A stretch of DNA of 62,510 nucleotides, filler included, from 7 parts of 7 records of this genome joined end to end with filler, not necessarily neighbours in it, one strand, 5' to 3'. Shown: positions 41,094-52,713, counted from the whole stretch's first letter. Notes: generated from the letters alone by a model not told the origin. Program-made: numbers and translations.

Positions 41094-41209
41094 AAACAAT
41101 CAATCACATCGCAGATATTCGCTGCTTCTTCATCCGGTATTGCCGTGAGGTTTGCATCCCGCACAACGCCTGAGAGCGAAGCAAGAAAACGTTAAAAGGC
41201 TTTGAGAAT

Positions 41210-41244
41210 AAAAAAAGGCGCGGCAGAAGACCACCGCGCCTCTT
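41210..41244. terminator. Intrinsic terminator of the sugar ABC operon
   Basis: A7-GGCGCGG-loop-CCGCGCC. Confidence 0.75.
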
Positions 41245-41268
41245 AGGTCACAAAGGGACCGTTCCGGT

Positions 41269-42240
41269 TCAGTCGCGAACAGCCGTCCAACCCTGATACT
41301 CGTCGATATTATCGGCGGTAATCAGCTCCGGTTCGAGCAGAACGGTGGTCTCCTCGATCTCCTCACCCTGATAGAACTTGTAGCCAAGCTCAAGCGCCTC
41401 CCCGGCCATGACATAAGGATCCTGCGAGGCCGATGCCTTCAGCAGCGACTTCGGGTCCTTCAGCGATTTTTCCGTATCCGGAGCGCCGTCGACGCCGGTG
41501 ATGATGATGTCGGTGCGGCCGAGCTGCCTGGCGGCCAGCTGTGCACCGAGCGCCATCGGGTCATTGGCGCCGAAGACGGCATCAAGATCGGAGAACCGGG
41601 TCAGAAGACCCTGCATCACATTCATGCCGCCTTCGCGCGCGGCAAGGCCGTTCTGGTCGTTGGAGACGACGTTGATGCCGTCATTGGCCTCGAACACCTC
41701 CATGCAACCGTCGAAACGGTCGTTGAGCGAGGAGGAAGACGGCCCCTTGATGATGGCGACATTGCCTTCGCCGGAAAGCGCATCGACGATGTACTGGCAG
41801 GCCTTCTGGCCGGCGGCGATATTGTCGGTCATCACCGTGACATCGGCGCCAGGCGCCGACACGTCAAAGGCGGCGATGGTGATACCGGCATCTTTCGCAC
41901 GGTTGACCGCAGGCGCAATCGCCGTGTCGTCAACAGCATTCAACATGATGATGTCGACGCCCTTGGCGATGAAATTGTCGATCTGGCTGACCTGCTTGTT
42001 GAGATCGTAATCGGCCGAGACCGAGGTGATCTCGACGTCCGGGTTGATGTCGCGGGCGCGGTCCTCGATGCCCTTGATGGTGGCGACGAAGAACGGATTG
42101 CCGAGCAGACCGACGGAAATGCCGATGCTGTTCAGTTCCTTGTCCTTGTCCTTGTCCTGTGCCTGGGCCGACATGCCGCCTGCTGCCGTCATGGCGATGG
42201 CCGTCGCCGCGCCCAGAAGAAATTTCTTCGAAATATGCAT
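41269..42240 (-). CDS. Sugar ABC substrate-binding protein (RbsB-like)
   Basis: Signal peptide, GNPFF, VFGANDPMALGA, GVDG, ASQDP. Confidence 0.9.
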   Translation of the reverse strand: MHISKKFLLGAATAIAMTAAGGMSAQAQDKDKDKELNSIGISVGLLGNPFFVATIKGIEDRARDINPDVEITSVSADYDLNKQVSQIDNFIAKGVDIIMLNAVDDTAIAPAVNRAKDAGITIAAFDVSAPGADVTVMTDNIAAGQKACQYIVDALSGEGNVAIIKGPSSSSLNDRFDGCMEVFEANDGINVVSNDQNGLAAREGGMNVMQGLLTRFSDLDAVFGANDPMALGAQLAARQLGRTDIIITGVDGAPDTEKSLKDPKSLLKASASQDPYVMAGEALELGYKFYQGEEIEETTVLLEPELITADNIDEYQGWTAVRD

Positions 42241-42286
42241 GGGTTTGCTCCTCCGCGTTTTGCGTTTCATGCGTGAAATAAGGGCT

Positions 42287-43270
42287 TTACGTCCTGTCGG
42301 AACTCTTGCCGCGGAAGCGGTCAAGGGTCACGGCAGCGATAATGACAAGGCCCTTGATGATGAACTGCCAGATATCCGACGTTCCCGTCAGGATCAGGCC
42401 GTTCGAAAGGACAGCGATGATCAGCGCACCGATCAGCGTGCCCCATATCGAGCCGACGCCGCCGACGAAACTGGTACCGCCCAGAATAACGGCGGCAATC
42501 GCGTCGAGCTCATAGGATTGTCCAAGTTGCAGGCCATTGGCAGCGTAGAGGCGGGCCGCCGACATGACGCCGCCGAGCCCTGCCATCAGTCCCGATACGC
42601 CATAGACGAACAGAAGCACCAGCGGCACCTTGATGCCCGTCAGCCTGGCCGCCTCCTGATTTCCGCCGACGGCATATATCCAGGTGCCGAGCACCGTGCG
42701 GCGCAGCACGAACCATGAAATCAGGATCACTGTGAGAGCGATAATGGCCAGGATCGGCACGCCCAGAACCGAGCCGTTGCCGATGATTGCGAAGGGCAGA
42801 TCGGCATTGAACACCGTAGTGTCTCCGCCCATCAGCCGCGCCACGCCGCGCACCGCCGTCAGCGATCCCAGCGTGACGATGAAGGGCGGCAGTTTCAGAA
42901 ACGCCACCAGCCCGCCATTGGCAAGACCGAAGACCAGCCCCAGCGCGAGCCCCGCCGGAACACCCAGCCAGCCGATCTGCGGGGACATCGAGAAAATCAC
43001 GGCCGCCATGGCCGATGCGGCAAGGATCGAGCCGACGGACAGATCGATGCCACCGGTCAGGATCACGAATGTCATGCCGGCGGCGAGCACGATATTGATC
43101 GAGGCCTGCTGCATCACGATCGACAGATTGTTGACCCCCAGAAACTTGCCGGTCAGAAGCTGAAACCCGATCGCCAGCAAAATAAGCACCGGCAGCATGC
43201 CGAGCGTCTTGATCAGGGTACCGACCTGATAGGACCGACTGTTTCCGGCCCCGTTCTGCGCCTCACTCAT
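42287..43270 (-). CDS. Sugar ABC permease (RbsC-like)
   Basis: GGIDLSVG, YAVGGN.EAARLTG, YELDAIAAVILGG. Confidence 0.93.
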   Translation of the reverse strand: MSEAQNGAGNSRSYQVGTLIKTLGMLPVLILLAIGFQLLTGKFLGVNNLSIVMQQASINIVLAAGMTFVILTGGIDLSVGSILAASAMAAVIFSMSPQIGWLGVPAGLALGLVFGLANGGLVAFLKLPPFIVTLGSLTAVRGVARLMGGDTTVFNADLPFAIIGNGSVLGVPILAIIALTVILISWFVLRRTVLGTWIYAVGGNQEAARLTGIKVPLVLLFVYGVSGLMAGLGGVMSAARLYAANGLQLGQSYELDAIAAVILGGTSFVGGVGSIWGTLIGALIIAVLSNGLILTGTSDIWQFIIKGLVIIAAVTLDRFRGKSSDRT

Positions 43271-43304
43271 AGATATCCTCCTTCGGCTTCAAAAGCGCCG
43301 GTTG

Positions 43305-44834
43305 TCATGCCGCGGCCCTGCTTCCCGTGGAAAGCCGCATGATTGCTTCCTGTTCGATCGGTGCGCCGGGGGACGATTTGACCTCGCCGGCGATCTCGCC
43401 CTCACGCATGACGATTGCGCGGTCGGCAACATTGATGATTTCCGGCAGTTCGCTGGAAATCATGACGACGGCAAGCCCCTGGCGCGCCAGTTCATCGATC
43501 AGCCTGTAAATCTCGGATTTCGCGCCGACATCGACACCGCGCGTCGGTTCATCGAGAATGATAACCTTCGGCCGCACCTCCAGAAGGCGCCCGAGCAGAA
43601 CCTTTTGCTGGTTGCCGCCGGAAAGCGAGCCGACATTGACGAAGGGCGACGGTGCACGGATCGACAATTTCTCGAACTGGTTTTTGGCCCGTTTGCGCGC
43701 CGCCTTGAAATTGCGGGTGCCGGCAGGTCCGGAATCCTCGCCCATCACGCAGATATTGATGTTATCGGCAATCGTCATGTCGAGGAAGAGACCGAGCTGT
43801 TTGCGGTCCTCCGTCAGGTAAACGATACCCGCATCAAGAGCGGAACTCGGGCTGTGCGGCGTCACCTCGCGGCCTTCGAGCAGAACCGCGCCCGATGTCG
43901 CCTTGTCGGCACCGTAGATCAGCCGGGCAAGCTCTGTGCGCCCGGAACCGACAAGGCCCGCAATGCCCAAAACCTCGCCGCGCCTGACAGAGAAGGAGCA
44001 GTCGCGCACCTTGCGGCCGGCGCTCATATTACGCACTTCGAGCACGGTTTGGGCGTTTTCGGCGTGTTCCGCATGCTCTTTCTTGTAGAAGGTCGACAGG
44101 TCGCGGCCGACCATCATCGAGATCAGCCGCTCAGCACTCAGCTCTTCGCGGTCGAGTGTACCGATATATTTGCCATCACGCAGAACCGAGCAGCGGTCCG
44201 CCAGCCGGTAAATCTCATCCATGCGGTGGCTGATGTAGATGATCGCTATGCCATCGGCCTTGAGTGACGCGATGACCTCGAAAAGGCGCTCGGTCTCGCG
44301 GCTCGACAGCGACGTGGTTGGCTCGTCCATGACGATGATACGGGCATTGGTGGACATAGCCCGGGCGATCTCGACCAACTGTCGCTCACCAAGCGACAAA
44401 CGTCCAACCATGGTCGATGGCGAGAAATCAACGCCAAGGCGGTCGAGAAGCGGCTGGGTCCGCTCGCGCATTTCCGACCGGTTGACAATGCCGGAGCGGG
44501 CGCGCTCGTTGCCGAGGAACACGTTTTCGGCGACCGTCAGATTGGGTGCCAACGAAAGCTCCTGATAGATCACGGCAACGCCCATGGCCTTGGCCGCCTT
44601 CGGATTACCCCCTGGCACCGGCTTGCCGCCAACAAGGATGGAGCCGCCCTTGTCCGGCACATAGGCGCCGGAGAGGATTTTCATCAAGGTCGACTTTCCA
44701 GCGCCGTTTTCCCCCATCAGCGCATGGACTTCCCCGCCATGGGCGGTGATCGCCACATCCGACAGGGCCTTGACCGGCCCGAAGGTTTTCGAGATCCCCT
44801 CCATCTCCAGAATCGGCTTCGTAATCTCCGTCAT
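43305..44834 (-). CDS. Sugar ABC ATP-binding protein (RbsA-like)
   Basis: [31 protein letters not shown]. Confidence 0.94.
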   Translation of the reverse strand: MTEITKPILEMEGISKTFGPVKALSDVAITAHGGEVHALMGENGAGKSTLMKILSGAYVPDKGGSILVGGKPVPGGNPKAAKAMGVAVIYQELSLAPNLTVAENVFLGNERARSGIVNRSEMRERTQPLLDRLGVDFSPSTMVGRLSLGERQLVEIARAMSTNARIIVMDEPTTSLSSRETERLFEVIASLKADGIAIIYISHRMDEIYRLADRCSVLRDGKYIGTLDREELSAERLISMMVGRDLSTFYKKEHAEHAENAQTVLEVRNMSAGRKVRDCSFSVRRGEVLGIAGLVGSGRTELARLIYGADKATSGAVLLEGREVTPHSPSSALDAGIVYLTEDRKQLGLFLDMTIADNINICVMGEDSGPAGTRNFKAARKRAKNQFEKLSIRAPSPFVNVGSLSGGNQQKVLLGRLLEVRPKVIILDEPTRGVDVGAKSEIYRLIDELARQGLAVVMISSELPEIINVADRAIVMREGEIAGEVKSSPGAPIEQEAIMRLSTGSRAAA

Positions 44835-45616
44835 GCTTCAGCATCTCCCTTTCGCGAGGCGACAAGATAGTCGACACCTTCCTCCTCGAGCATGCGCGCA
44901 TCGGCATCGGCGAGGCCGTCGTCGGTAACGAGCTTTCGGATCTGCGCGAACGGCAGCGAAAGCGTCGATGTCCGTTCAGCGAATTTACGGCTGTCGACCA
45001 GCACGATAATCTCGTTGGCAAAGGCGGCCATATCGCGCGTCAGTTGGACAAGCAGAGGGTTTGTCTCCATCAGCCCCTCTCTCTCAATTCCCAATGCGCC
45101 AACAAAAAACTGTGAGGCAAAGAAGGCGCGCTCGCCCGAAAAACTGTCATAGACGATGCCGGGTTCGCGGTGCACGTCGCCGCCGCTGACGGTCAACTGG
45201 CATTCTCCATGTTCGGCGAGATAAGCGGCCAGTGGCATGGAATGGGTAAATACCCGCACATTACGCCGCGCAATCGCCATACCGAAATGAAAACAGGTGG
45301 AGCCGCCGTGAATGGTGATCGACGTTCCATCCCGCACCAGCGTCGAAGCGACAGCGGCAATGGCGCGTTTCTGCCCCACCGCTATGTCGCGGTTCTCCAT
45401 GAAAGGAAGCGGAATTGCGCGCCGGGCGTGATGCTCTTTTTCCGCGGCAATACCGCCATGAACCCGCTGGCCGAAACCGCCCTTCTCTAGCTTGTCGATA
45501 TCCCGCCGGATCGTGGCCGCAGACACACCGGTCGCATCGGTCAGCTCCGTCACTGAAAGAAACGGATGCTCCGCGAGCAACGCCAGTATTTTCTGATGCC
45601 TGTGCAGCTCCGCCAT
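44831..45616 (-). CDS. DeoR family regulator
   Basis: [28 protein letters not shown]. Confidence 0.92.
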   Translation of the reverse strand: MAELHRHQKILALLAEHPFLSVTELTDATGVSAATIRRDIDKLEKGGFGQRVHGGIAAEKEHHARRAIPLPFMENRDIAVGQKRAIAAVASTLVRDGTSITIHGGSTCFHFGMAIARRNVRVFTHSMPLAAYLAEHGECQLTVSGGDVHREPGIVYDSFSGERAFFASQFFVGALGIEREGLMETNPLLVQLTRDMAAFANEIIVLVDSRKFAERTSTLSLPFAQIRKLVTDDGLADADARMLEEEGVDYLVASRKGDAEA

Positions 45617-45823
45617 TCCGTCCTCCCCTACGGAACCTCGTTGCTGAAGATTTGAACCAAAACACGCATAAATGCAAGCTTTGGTGCGTACTTTTGTCTT
45701 AAGATTGCTCTTATACGATCAAAAAATGATCATAATCAATCATTTGGTAGCAGGCCAGCCATCTCATCATCTCAGCATTTACTAAATCAGATAACCATGC
45801 AGGCCGGTAAGGTGCCCGAAATT

Positions 45824-45930
45824 TAGCGCATCGGCCCGAAAATCAATCCCGATTTTCGGAAAGCACGATACGTAGATTCAATAGATTGGAGTGTCCCTGG
45901 TACGCCCGAACGAACGCACAGCGCACCAAG
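45824..45930. repeat. Rhizobial intergenic mosaic (RIME-like) repeat element
   Basis: TAGCGCATCGGCCCGAAAATC..GATTTTCGGAAAGCACGAT.CGTAGATTCAA with internal palindromes; resembles the Mesorhizobium/Sinorhizobium repeat as I recall it. Confidence 0.65.
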
Positions 45931-46057
45931 AGAGATTGACGATCACACGACCGAGCAGAACGAATGATGCGTGACTTGCGGAGACAGTATTTTAACGCCA
46001 AACGGCGCCGGGTTACCCCGACGCCGCTCAACTTTTTCGAAAAATCACAAAGCCGGA

Positions 46058-46435
46058 TCAGGCCTTGTGCGGCTTGATCAGATTACGCGCCAGAAGAAGC
46101 TCGGCGATCTGGATCGTGTTAAGCGCCGCACCTTTGCGCAGGTTATCCGAGACAACCCAAATTGCGAGACCGTTTTCAACCGTTGCATCTTCGCGGATAC
46201 GGGAGATGTAGGTCATATCTTCGCCAGCACATTCCACCGGCGTGATGTACCCGCCGTCTTCATGCTTGTCGATGACGAGGCACCCCGGGGCTTCACGCAG
46301 GATATCGCGGGCCTGATCGGCGGTAATCTCATTTTCAAACTCAATGTTGATGGCTTCGGCATGGCCGATAAAGACCGGAACACGCACAGCGGTGCAGGTG
46401 ACCCGGATCTTCGGATCGAGCATCTTCTTGGTCTC
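46058..46435 (-). CDS. asd: Aspartate-semialdehyde dehydrogenase, C-terminal part
   Basis: TCTAVRVPVFIGH, SRIRED, WVVSDNLRKGAALN. Confidence 0.95.
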   Translation of the reverse strand, partial: ETKKMLDPKIRVTCTAVRVPVFIGHAEAINIEFENEITADQARDILREAPGCLVIDKHEDGGYITPVECAGEDMTYISRIREDATVENGLAIWVVSDNLRKGAALNTIQIAELLLARNLIKPHKA

Positions 46436-46535
46436 NNNNNNNNNNNNNNNNNNNNNNNNNNNNNNNNNNNNNNNNNNNNTTAATTAATTAANNNNNNNNN
46501 NNNNNNNNNNNNNNNNNNNNNNNNNNNNNNNNNNN
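46436..46535. other. Artificial contig linker
   Basis: N44-TTAATTAATTAA-N44. Confidence 0.99.
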
Positions 46536-46792
46536 AGCGCATAGGACTGGAACACCATGGCAATGTTGCGCTCGCGCGGGGTGAGCGCGTTGACGATCTC
46601 TCCGCCGATCGAGATGTCGCCGCTGGTGATTTCCTCAAGGCCGGCAATCATCCTCAGAAGCGTGGACTTGCCGCAGCCGGAGGGACCGACGAGGGCGACG
46701 AATTCGCCATCCTCGATCGCAAGCGAAACGCCGTGGATGACCTCGAGAGCGCCGTAGGACTTTCTGATATTGCTGAGTTCGACGGATGCCAT
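46536..46792 (-). CDS. MalK-like ABC ATPase, N-terminal part
   Basis: [27 protein letters not shown]. Confidence 0.92.
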
Positions 46793-46814
46793 TTTCGACA
46801 AGCTCCCCGAGGGT

Positions 46815-47699
46815 TCACGATTTCACGGCGCCGGCTGTCAGCCCGGCGATGATGTGTTTCTGGGCGACGAAGAAGGCGATGATCGTCGGCAGGATGGTCA
46901 GCGTGATAAAGGCCAGCACCAATTGCCATTCGGTCGCGAACTCGCCCTTGTAGACCATGATGCCGAGCGGCCAGGGATAGCGGTTCTCCGAATTCAGCAT
47001 GATCAGCGGGATGATGTAGCTGTTCCAGCTCTGCACGAAGGCGATGATGCCGACCGTGGCGATGATCGGCCGCGACAGCGGCATGGTCACGTGCCAGAAG
47101 AAGCCGATATAGCCGCAGCCATCGACAAAGGCGGCGTCGAACAGTTCTTCCGGCAGGTTGCGGAAATAGTTTCGGAACAGAAGAATGCTCATGCCGAGCC
47201 CGAAGGCCACCTGCGGCAGGATCACGCCCCAATAGGTATCCAGCAGGCCGAGATCTCGGATGCGGATATAGAGCGGCAGGATCGCGGTCGCCGCCGGAAA
47301 CATCAACCCGATCAGAAAGTAATTGAGCAGGTAATCCGAGCCGAAGAAGCGGATATGGGCGAAGCAGAAGGCCGCGCAGGCGGCAAGCACGATGGTGAGA
47401 AACACGGTGAACACCGCGATCAGCAGGGAATTGCCCATCTGCAGCCAGTACCGCTTCGACGCCAGGATATCGGTGTAATTGCTCCACTGCCACTGGTCGG
47501 GCAGGCCGAAGGGAGAACCGCGCAATTCCGGCAGCGTCTTGAAACCGCCAAGTGCTGTGGTCAGAAGCGGGATGATGACGATGCCGGCAACCAGCAGCAG
47601 CGAGACATAGAGATAGGTCTTCGTGCCGACATTCAGCCTGCGGCCTTCCCCGCCGGATTTTGCCGCGTCGATCGGCGCGCGTTCGGAGATCTCAGTCAT
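46815..47699 (-). CDS. Carbohydrate ABC permease (MalG-like)
   Basis: [16 protein letters not shown] motif, GLTAGAVK. Confidence 0.92.
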   Translation of the reverse strand: MTEISERAPIDAAKSGGEGRRLNVGTKTYLYVSLLLVAGIVIIPLLTTALGGFKTLPELRGSPFGLPDQWQWSNYTDILASKRYWLQMGNSLLIAVFTVFLTIVLAACAAFCFAHIRFFGSDYLLNYFLIGLMFPAATAILPLYIRIRDLGLLDTYWGVILPQVAFGLGMSILLFRNYFRNLPEELFDAAFVDGCGYIGFFWHVTMPLSRPIIATVGIIAFVQSWNSYIIPLIMLNSENRYPWPLGIMVYKGEFATEWQLVLAFITLTILPTIIAFFVAQKHIIAGLTAGAVKS

Positions 47700-48627
47700 T
47701 TTTCATGAATATCCGTTTGTAGCTGAAGGCCAGCGTGACGCAGATGATGAACAAAATGACGCCGACGGCGCTGCCGAAGCCGACCTGCATGCGGGTGACG
47801 CCGAAATTATAGAGGAAAGTCACCATGGTCTGGGTCGAGTTGGCCGGGCCGCCGCCGGTGAGCGGCATGATGAGATCGAAAAGCTGGAGCGAGCCGATAA
47901 CGGCGAAAAACACCGAGAGCCGGACGGTGGAGCCCAGCATCGGCAGCGTCACCAGCCGGAATTTCTGCCAGCCGGTCGCGCCGTCGATATCGGCCGCCTC
48001 CAGAATGGAATTGTCGATCGCCTGCAGGCCGGCGATGAACAGCATCATGTGAAAGCCGAAATATTTCCACACGACGACGCCGAGGATCGCCGACATGGCG
48101 GTATCGGGATTGGCCAGAACAAACGGCGGTTCGGCCCCGAAGAAATGCCAGATGCCGGCCACCAGTCCGAAATCGCCGTCATAGACGAAGCGCCAGATCA
48201 TGCCGGCGGCGACATCGGCCAGCACATAGGGCAGGAAGAAGATCAGCCGGAAGAACAGCGCGCCGCCGATCCGTTTCGTCACCATCGAGGCAAGCCACAG
48301 CGCCAGCGGCAACTGTATGACGATCGACACCGCGATGATGAGGCCGTTATTGATCAGCGCCTTGGTGAAGGCGCTGTTGCGGAAAATGAGCTGATAATTG
48401 CGGAAATCCACCCACTTGCTCGGCTCTCCGTAGCCGTTCCAGTGGAAGAAGGAATACCAGGCCGCCTCGCCCATCGGCAGGATGACGAGCAGCGTGAACA
48501 ACACCAGCGCCGGCGGCATGAAGATGATCAGCACCGGCCATTTGGTATGGGCCAGCGAGCGCCGCTTTCTGAGCCCGCCGGGGGCAGGCCCGACCGGCGC
48601 GGGCAGGATGGAATCGGTGGTTGTCAT
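47692..48627 (-). CDS. Carbohydrate ABC permease (MalF-like)
   Basis: AGLQAI..SILEAADIDGA, LTGGGP. Confidence 0.92.
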   Translation of the reverse strand: MTTTDSILPAPVGPAPGGLRKRRSLAHTKWPVLIIFMPPALVLFTLLVILPMGEAAWYSFFHWNGYGEPSKWVDFRNYQLIFRNSAFTKALINNGLIIAVSIVIQLPLALWLASMVTKRIGGALFFRLIFFLPYVLADVAAGMIWRFVYDGDFGLVAGIWHFFGAEPPFVLANPDTAMSAILGVVVWKYFGFHMMLFIAGLQAIDNSILEAADIDGATGWQKFRLVTLPMLGSTVRLSVFFAVIGSLQLFDLIMPLTGGGPANSTQTMVTFLYNFGVTRMQVGFGSAVGVILFIICVTLAFSYKRIFMKND

Positions 48628-48791
48628 TGGCATTTTCCCGCATGCAGTGCGGCGGCGGTCTGCCGCCTTGCCCGTGCGGCCGGGGGTGGAACGTCGCCGT
48701 CGGATTTTCGTGAAAACGGCGGCTGGCGGATCCCCGGACATCAGGAGCCTTGAATGCCGGGCACCGCCGAAGCGGCGCCCGGAACAGGGAA

Positions 48792-50084
48792 CTACATGTT
48801 TTCCAGTTCGTAGGTGTCCTGGATCTGCCGGGCAGCATCTTCCGGGGACGTCGCTCCGGAGACGATCGCGGCGCTCATGTCATTGACCACCGCGCCGACA
48901 TTGGGCCCGAGATCCTGATCGAGATAGTTCTGGTGCCAGGTTTCCCCGGCCAGCGCCTCGGCGCTGCTCTTCAGAAGCGGATCGGTGATCGAATCGGCAA
49001 CGCCGATCGTGACCGGAATGACCTTCTGAACAGCCGATATCCTGCGGGCGACATCCGGGCTGGTGTAGTATTCGAGGAATTTCTCGGTTTCGGGCGGCGC
49101 GTCCCGGGTGACGGCCCAGCCGGTCAGGCCACCCATATTGTCGGTGACAAGACCCGGCGCGCCTTCAATGACGGGAAAGGCGAAGCGGCCGATATTGTCT
49201 TCCGCAAGCCCCTTGCCATCGGTGGCATTGCTGATCTGGGTCCGGCCGGTGTTTTCAAACGACAGGATCATCGCCGCGCGACCGTCGCCGAAGGTGGCAA
49301 GCGCATCGTTCCAGGTCGCACCGAGATAGCCGTTCTGGAAGGGTTCCAGCGCGCCGAGTTCGGCAAGTTTCTCGCCGGCCGCGACGAAGGGCTCGCCCGC
49401 AAAACCGCCGTTCTCGCCGGCCTTGGCCGCCATGAAACCGTCATGGCCGGCCTCGCGCATGGCGAGATAGCCCCAGTAGAAATGGATCGGCCACTTGTCG
49501 CCGCCGCCGCCGGCAATCGGCGTGATCCCGGCGTCCTTCAGGGTCGTCACAGCGCCCATCAAGTCGCTCCAGGTTTCGATCGAGGCGCCGTCCACGCCCG
49601 CCTTGTCGAACAATTCCTTGTTGTAGAAGAACGAGACGACGCCGTTGAGGACCGGGGCAGCCCAGACCTTGTCATCATACGTCATCCCGGCAATGGAGGA
49701 CGGCTTCAGCGTGTCGCGCCATTTGTTGTTGTCGGCGTCGAGCGCCGTCGAGATGTCCCTGAGGACGCCGGTTTCCGACTGGGCTTTCAGGACGCCGCCG
49801 CCCCAGGTGTAGAACAGGCTGGGGATTTCGGACGATTGCAGCAATGTCGGAAGCTTGGCCTTGAAGGCCTGGTTTTCGAGAAACTGCATCTCGATCGTGA
49901 CGCCGGGATTGGCCTGTTCGAACTCATCGGCGACTTGGCGCCAGACTTCCACGACCGGCTCCTGATTTTCCAGATGAAGCCATTTGATGACGGTTTCGGC
50001 AGAGGCCGTATTTGCGCTCGCCGCCAGGGCCGCAAAGCCGGCGGCGGCGGCGCCATGACGAAGCCATTTGGCAGTAATTGACAT
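48792..50084 (-). CDS. Carbohydrate ABC substrate-binding protein
   Basis: Signal peptide, FEQANPGV, FFYNKELFDKAG, LKDAGITPI. Confidence 0.9.
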   Translation of the reverse strand: MSITAKWLRHGAAAAGFAALAASANTASAETVIKWLHLENQEPVVEVWRQVADEFEQANPGVTIEMQFLENQAFKAKLPTLLQSSEIPSLFYTWGGGVLKAQSETGVLRDISTALDADNNKWRDTLKPSSIAGMTYDDKVWAAPVLNGVVSFFYNKELFDKAGVDGASIETWSDLMGAVTTLKDAGITPIAGGGGDKWPIHFYWGYLAMREAGHDGFMAAKAGENGGFAGEPFVAAGEKLAELGALEPFQNGYLGATWNDALATFGDGRAAMILSFENTGRTQISNATDGKGLAEDNIGRFAFPVIEGAPGLVTDNMGGLTGWAVTRDAPPETEKFLEYYTSPDVARRISAVQKVIPVTIGVADSITDPLLKSSAEALAGETWHQNYLDQDLGPNVGAVVNDMSAAIVSGATSPEDAARQIQDTYELENM

Positions 50085-50253
50085 ATCGCACTCCTCCCAA
50101 AGTACTTTTTGCAGTCTCCGGATTAAATAAATGTCGGTACCTGAATTTTGTCAACCCGAATCTGCCAACAACGAGGCAAACCGCCTTAAAAATAGCCATG
50201 TCGTGCAAAAATAGCTTGCATCCGTCGCATGCGCAGGACTAAAAACGAACATC

Positions 50254-50278
50254 AATTATTTCGCAACGCGGAAAAATT
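50254..50278. promoter_or_regulatory. ROK-family (NagC/Mlc-like) operator
   Basis: AATTATTTCGCAACGCGGAAAAATT quasi-palindrome in the divergent promoter. Confidence 0.65.
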
Positions 50279-50311
50279 AAAACCTGTCCTGAACCTGCCC
50301 GACGAGCCTTC

Positions 50312-51511
50312 ATGAAGACCGCTGATCCTGAATTGATGCGAGCAATCAACCGGTTGAGCGTGCTGGACACGATCCGGCGCAATGGCCCGATCGCGCGCAT
50401 CGAGATCAGCAAGCGCACCGAACTGTCGACCAGCACGGTCTCGGCGATCACGGGGTCGCTGATCGACGATGGCCTCATCCTGTCGCGTCACGAAGGCGAC
50501 CTGCGCAATGCCGCGGTGCGCGGCCGCCCCCGGGTGATGCTCGAGCTCAACCCCGATGCATCAAGGGTTGTCGGCGCGAAGATCGCGGCCACGCGGATGA
50601 CATTTGTGGTTGCCGATTTCTGCGGCGAGGTGCTTTCGGAATTTTCCCTGCCGGTGCGCATCGACCGCATGCCGATCGATGTCATCGCCGATCTGGTGGA
50701 AGACGGCGTGCGCGCCTGCGTGATGGATACCGGGCTGACGCTTTCCGAGATCGACATGATCTGTCTCGGCATTCCCGGCGTGGTCGAGCATCGTACCGGC
50801 ATCGTGCGCTCCAGTCCGATCTTCAGCGACGCGAATGTGGATTTCGCCGCCGTCATGTCGCCGCGCTTCGGCATCAGGACGATCGTTGAAAGCGACGTTC
50901 ACGCGGTGACCCTTGCCCATCACTGGTTCGGCAAGGCCCGCCACCTGGAGGACATGGTGCTGATATCGCTGGAGCGGACGCTGGGTCTCGGCGTCCTGCA
51001 CAACAGCCAGCTGTTTCGCGGGGCGGGCGGGCTCAGCCACAATCTCGGCGACCTCGTGCTCGGCAGCAGCGCCGACAGCATGTCGCGGTTGGCAAGCCTT
51101 GCCGGCGAAAGCGCGATCCTCGGCGACGGACCGCGCGAAGGGCTTTACGCCGATGCCGTTCGGCTCGGCCGGGGCATTTCACATGTCCAGACGCTGATCG
51201 AGGCCAAGGACGCGCAGATCATGTCGGCGGCAGAGCGCGCCGGCGATGCCGTGGGCGTGACGGTGGCCAATATCGTCACGCTTTTCGCGCCCCCGCGCGT
51301 CATTCTGGTGGGCTCCAGCCTCGCCCTTGGAAAACCGTTCATCGACAGGCTGACCAAGGCCTTCAACAGCGCGATCCCGCCGTCGCTCAGCGATGTCAGC
51401 GAGCTGATCTTCGATGACGCGACGGATTTTTTCTGGGCCCGGGGAGCGGCCGCCGTCGCGCTTTACGAACTGTATGAATCGCCATGGAGCACAACCGGTC
51501 CGGCGCTTTGA
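50312..51511 (+). CDS. ROK family transcriptional regulator
   Basis: N-terminal HTH (NR..VL..IR..GPI.R, GRPR), LGIPG.V, ARGAA. Confidence 0.9.
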   Translation: MKTADPELMRAINRLSVLDTIRRNGPIARIEISKRTELSTSTVSAITGSLIDDGLILSRHEGDLRNAAVRGRPRVMLELNPDASRVVGAKIAATRMTFVVADFCGEVLSEFSLPVRIDRMPIDVIADLVEDGVRACVMDTGLTLSEIDMICLGIPGVVEHRTGIVRSSPIFSDANVDFAAVMSPRFGIRTIVESDVHAVTLAHHWFGKARHLEDMVLISLERTLGLGVLHNSQLFRGAGGLSHNLGDLVLGSSADSMSRLASLAGESAILGDGPREGLYADAVRLGRGISHVQTLIEAKDAQIMSAAERAGDAVGVTVANIVTLFAPPRVILVGSSLALGKPFIDRLTKAFNSAIPPSLSDVSELIFDDATDFFWARGAAAVALYELYESPWSTTGPAL

Positions 51512-51545
51512 ACTTCGGGCACAACGCTTTCGGGAGGAGTGAAAA

Positions 51546-52646
51546 ATGGAAAAAATCGGTATCGGCATCATCGGATGCGGCAATATTTCGGCCGCCTATC
51601 TGAAGGCGATGGCCGGATTCGACATTCTCGGCATCCGCGGCATCGCCGACCTCAACCAGGCGGCGGCCGAGGCGAAGGCGGCCGAATTCAATGTGCCCGC
51701 CAGCACGATCGATGCGCTGCTGACCGATCCCAAGGTCGAGATCATCCTCAACCTGACCATTCCGCGCGCCCATGTCGAGGTGGGTCTGCGGGCGCTTGCG
51801 GCGGGCAAGCATACCTATTCGGAAAAGCCGCTCGGCATCAATTTCGCAGAGGGCAAGAAGCTTGCAGACGCGGCGGAAAAGGCGGGGCTCAGGATCGGCG
51901 CGGCGCCCGATACGTTTCTCGGCGGCGGCCATCAGACCTCCCGCGCGATCGTCGACAGCGGCGCGCTTGGCCTTGCCGTCGGCGGCACGGCGAGCTTCAT
52001 GCGGCCGGGGCATGAATCCTGGCACCCCAATCCCGATTTCTACTACGATATCGGCGGCGGGCCGATGCTCGATATGGGCCCCTATTACATCACCGATCTT
52101 GTCAATCTGTTCGGGCCGGTCAGCAAGGTCGCGGGCTTTGCCACGATGCTGCGCAAAGAACGCGAGATCACCAGCGAACCGCGCCGGGGCGACACGATTT
52201 CGGTGCAGGTCCCGACCCATATCGCCGGCGTGCTTTCCTTTGCAAACGGCGCCGTGGTGCAGGTGACGATGAGCTTCGATGTGGCGGGCCACAAGCATCT
52301 GCCGATCGAGATCTACGGCACCGAGGGCACGCTGCTGGTTCCCGACCCCAATTTCTTCGCCGGCCCGGTCTCGGTTCTGAAGAAGGGCGGAGACTTCGAG
52401 GACCATCCCGTCGACCAGCCCTATGCCGACGGCAATTACCGTTCGATCGGCCTTGCAGATATGGCCTATGCGATCCGCAACGACAGGCCGCACCGGGCCA
52501 ACGGCGATCTGGCGCTGCACGTGCTGGAGGTGATGGAGGCTTTCGAGATTGCCGCGGAGACCGGCCGGACGGTCGAGATCACCACGACCACCGAGCGGCC
52601 GGCGCCGCTTTCGGCCTCGCTCGTCAACGGCGTTCTCGGCCAATAG
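51546..52646 (+). CDS. Gfo/Idh/MocA family oxidoreductase
   Basis: GIIGCGNIS, GKHTYSEKP, GGGPMLDMGPYY, IYGTEG. Confidence 0.93.
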   Translation: MEKIGIGIIGCGNISAAYLKAMAGFDILGIRGIADLNQAAAEAKAAEFNVPASTIDALLTDPKVEIILNLTIPRAHVEVGLRALAAGKHTYSEKPLGINFAEGKKLADAAEKAGLRIGAAPDTFLGGGHQTSRAIVDSGALGLAVGGTASFMRPGHESWHPNPDFYYDIGGGPMLDMGPYYITDLVNLFGPVSKVAGFATMLRKEREITSEPRRGDTISVQVPTHIAGVLSFANGAVVQVTMSFDVAGHKHLPIEIYGTEGTLLVPDPNFFAGPVSVLKKGGDFEDHPVDQPYADGNYRSIGLADMAYAIRNDRPHRANGDLALHVLEVMEAFEIAAETGRTVEITTTTERPAPLSASLVNGVLGQ

Positions 52647-52713
52647 GCGGGGAGCCGAAAGATTTCAAACCTGGCTGGCAGCCATCGCCGGCTGATGCAA
52701 GAGGAGAACGATC

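Noticed and set aside
42138..42156. CCTTGT x3 repeat encoding DKDKDK
   Set aside because: A short in-frame repeat just after the signal peptide, too short to suggest phase variation.
48640..48790. GC-rich hairpins between the binding-protein and permease genes
   Set aside because: Ordinary intergenic mRNA-stabilising structures for ABC operons; no riboswitch signature recognised.
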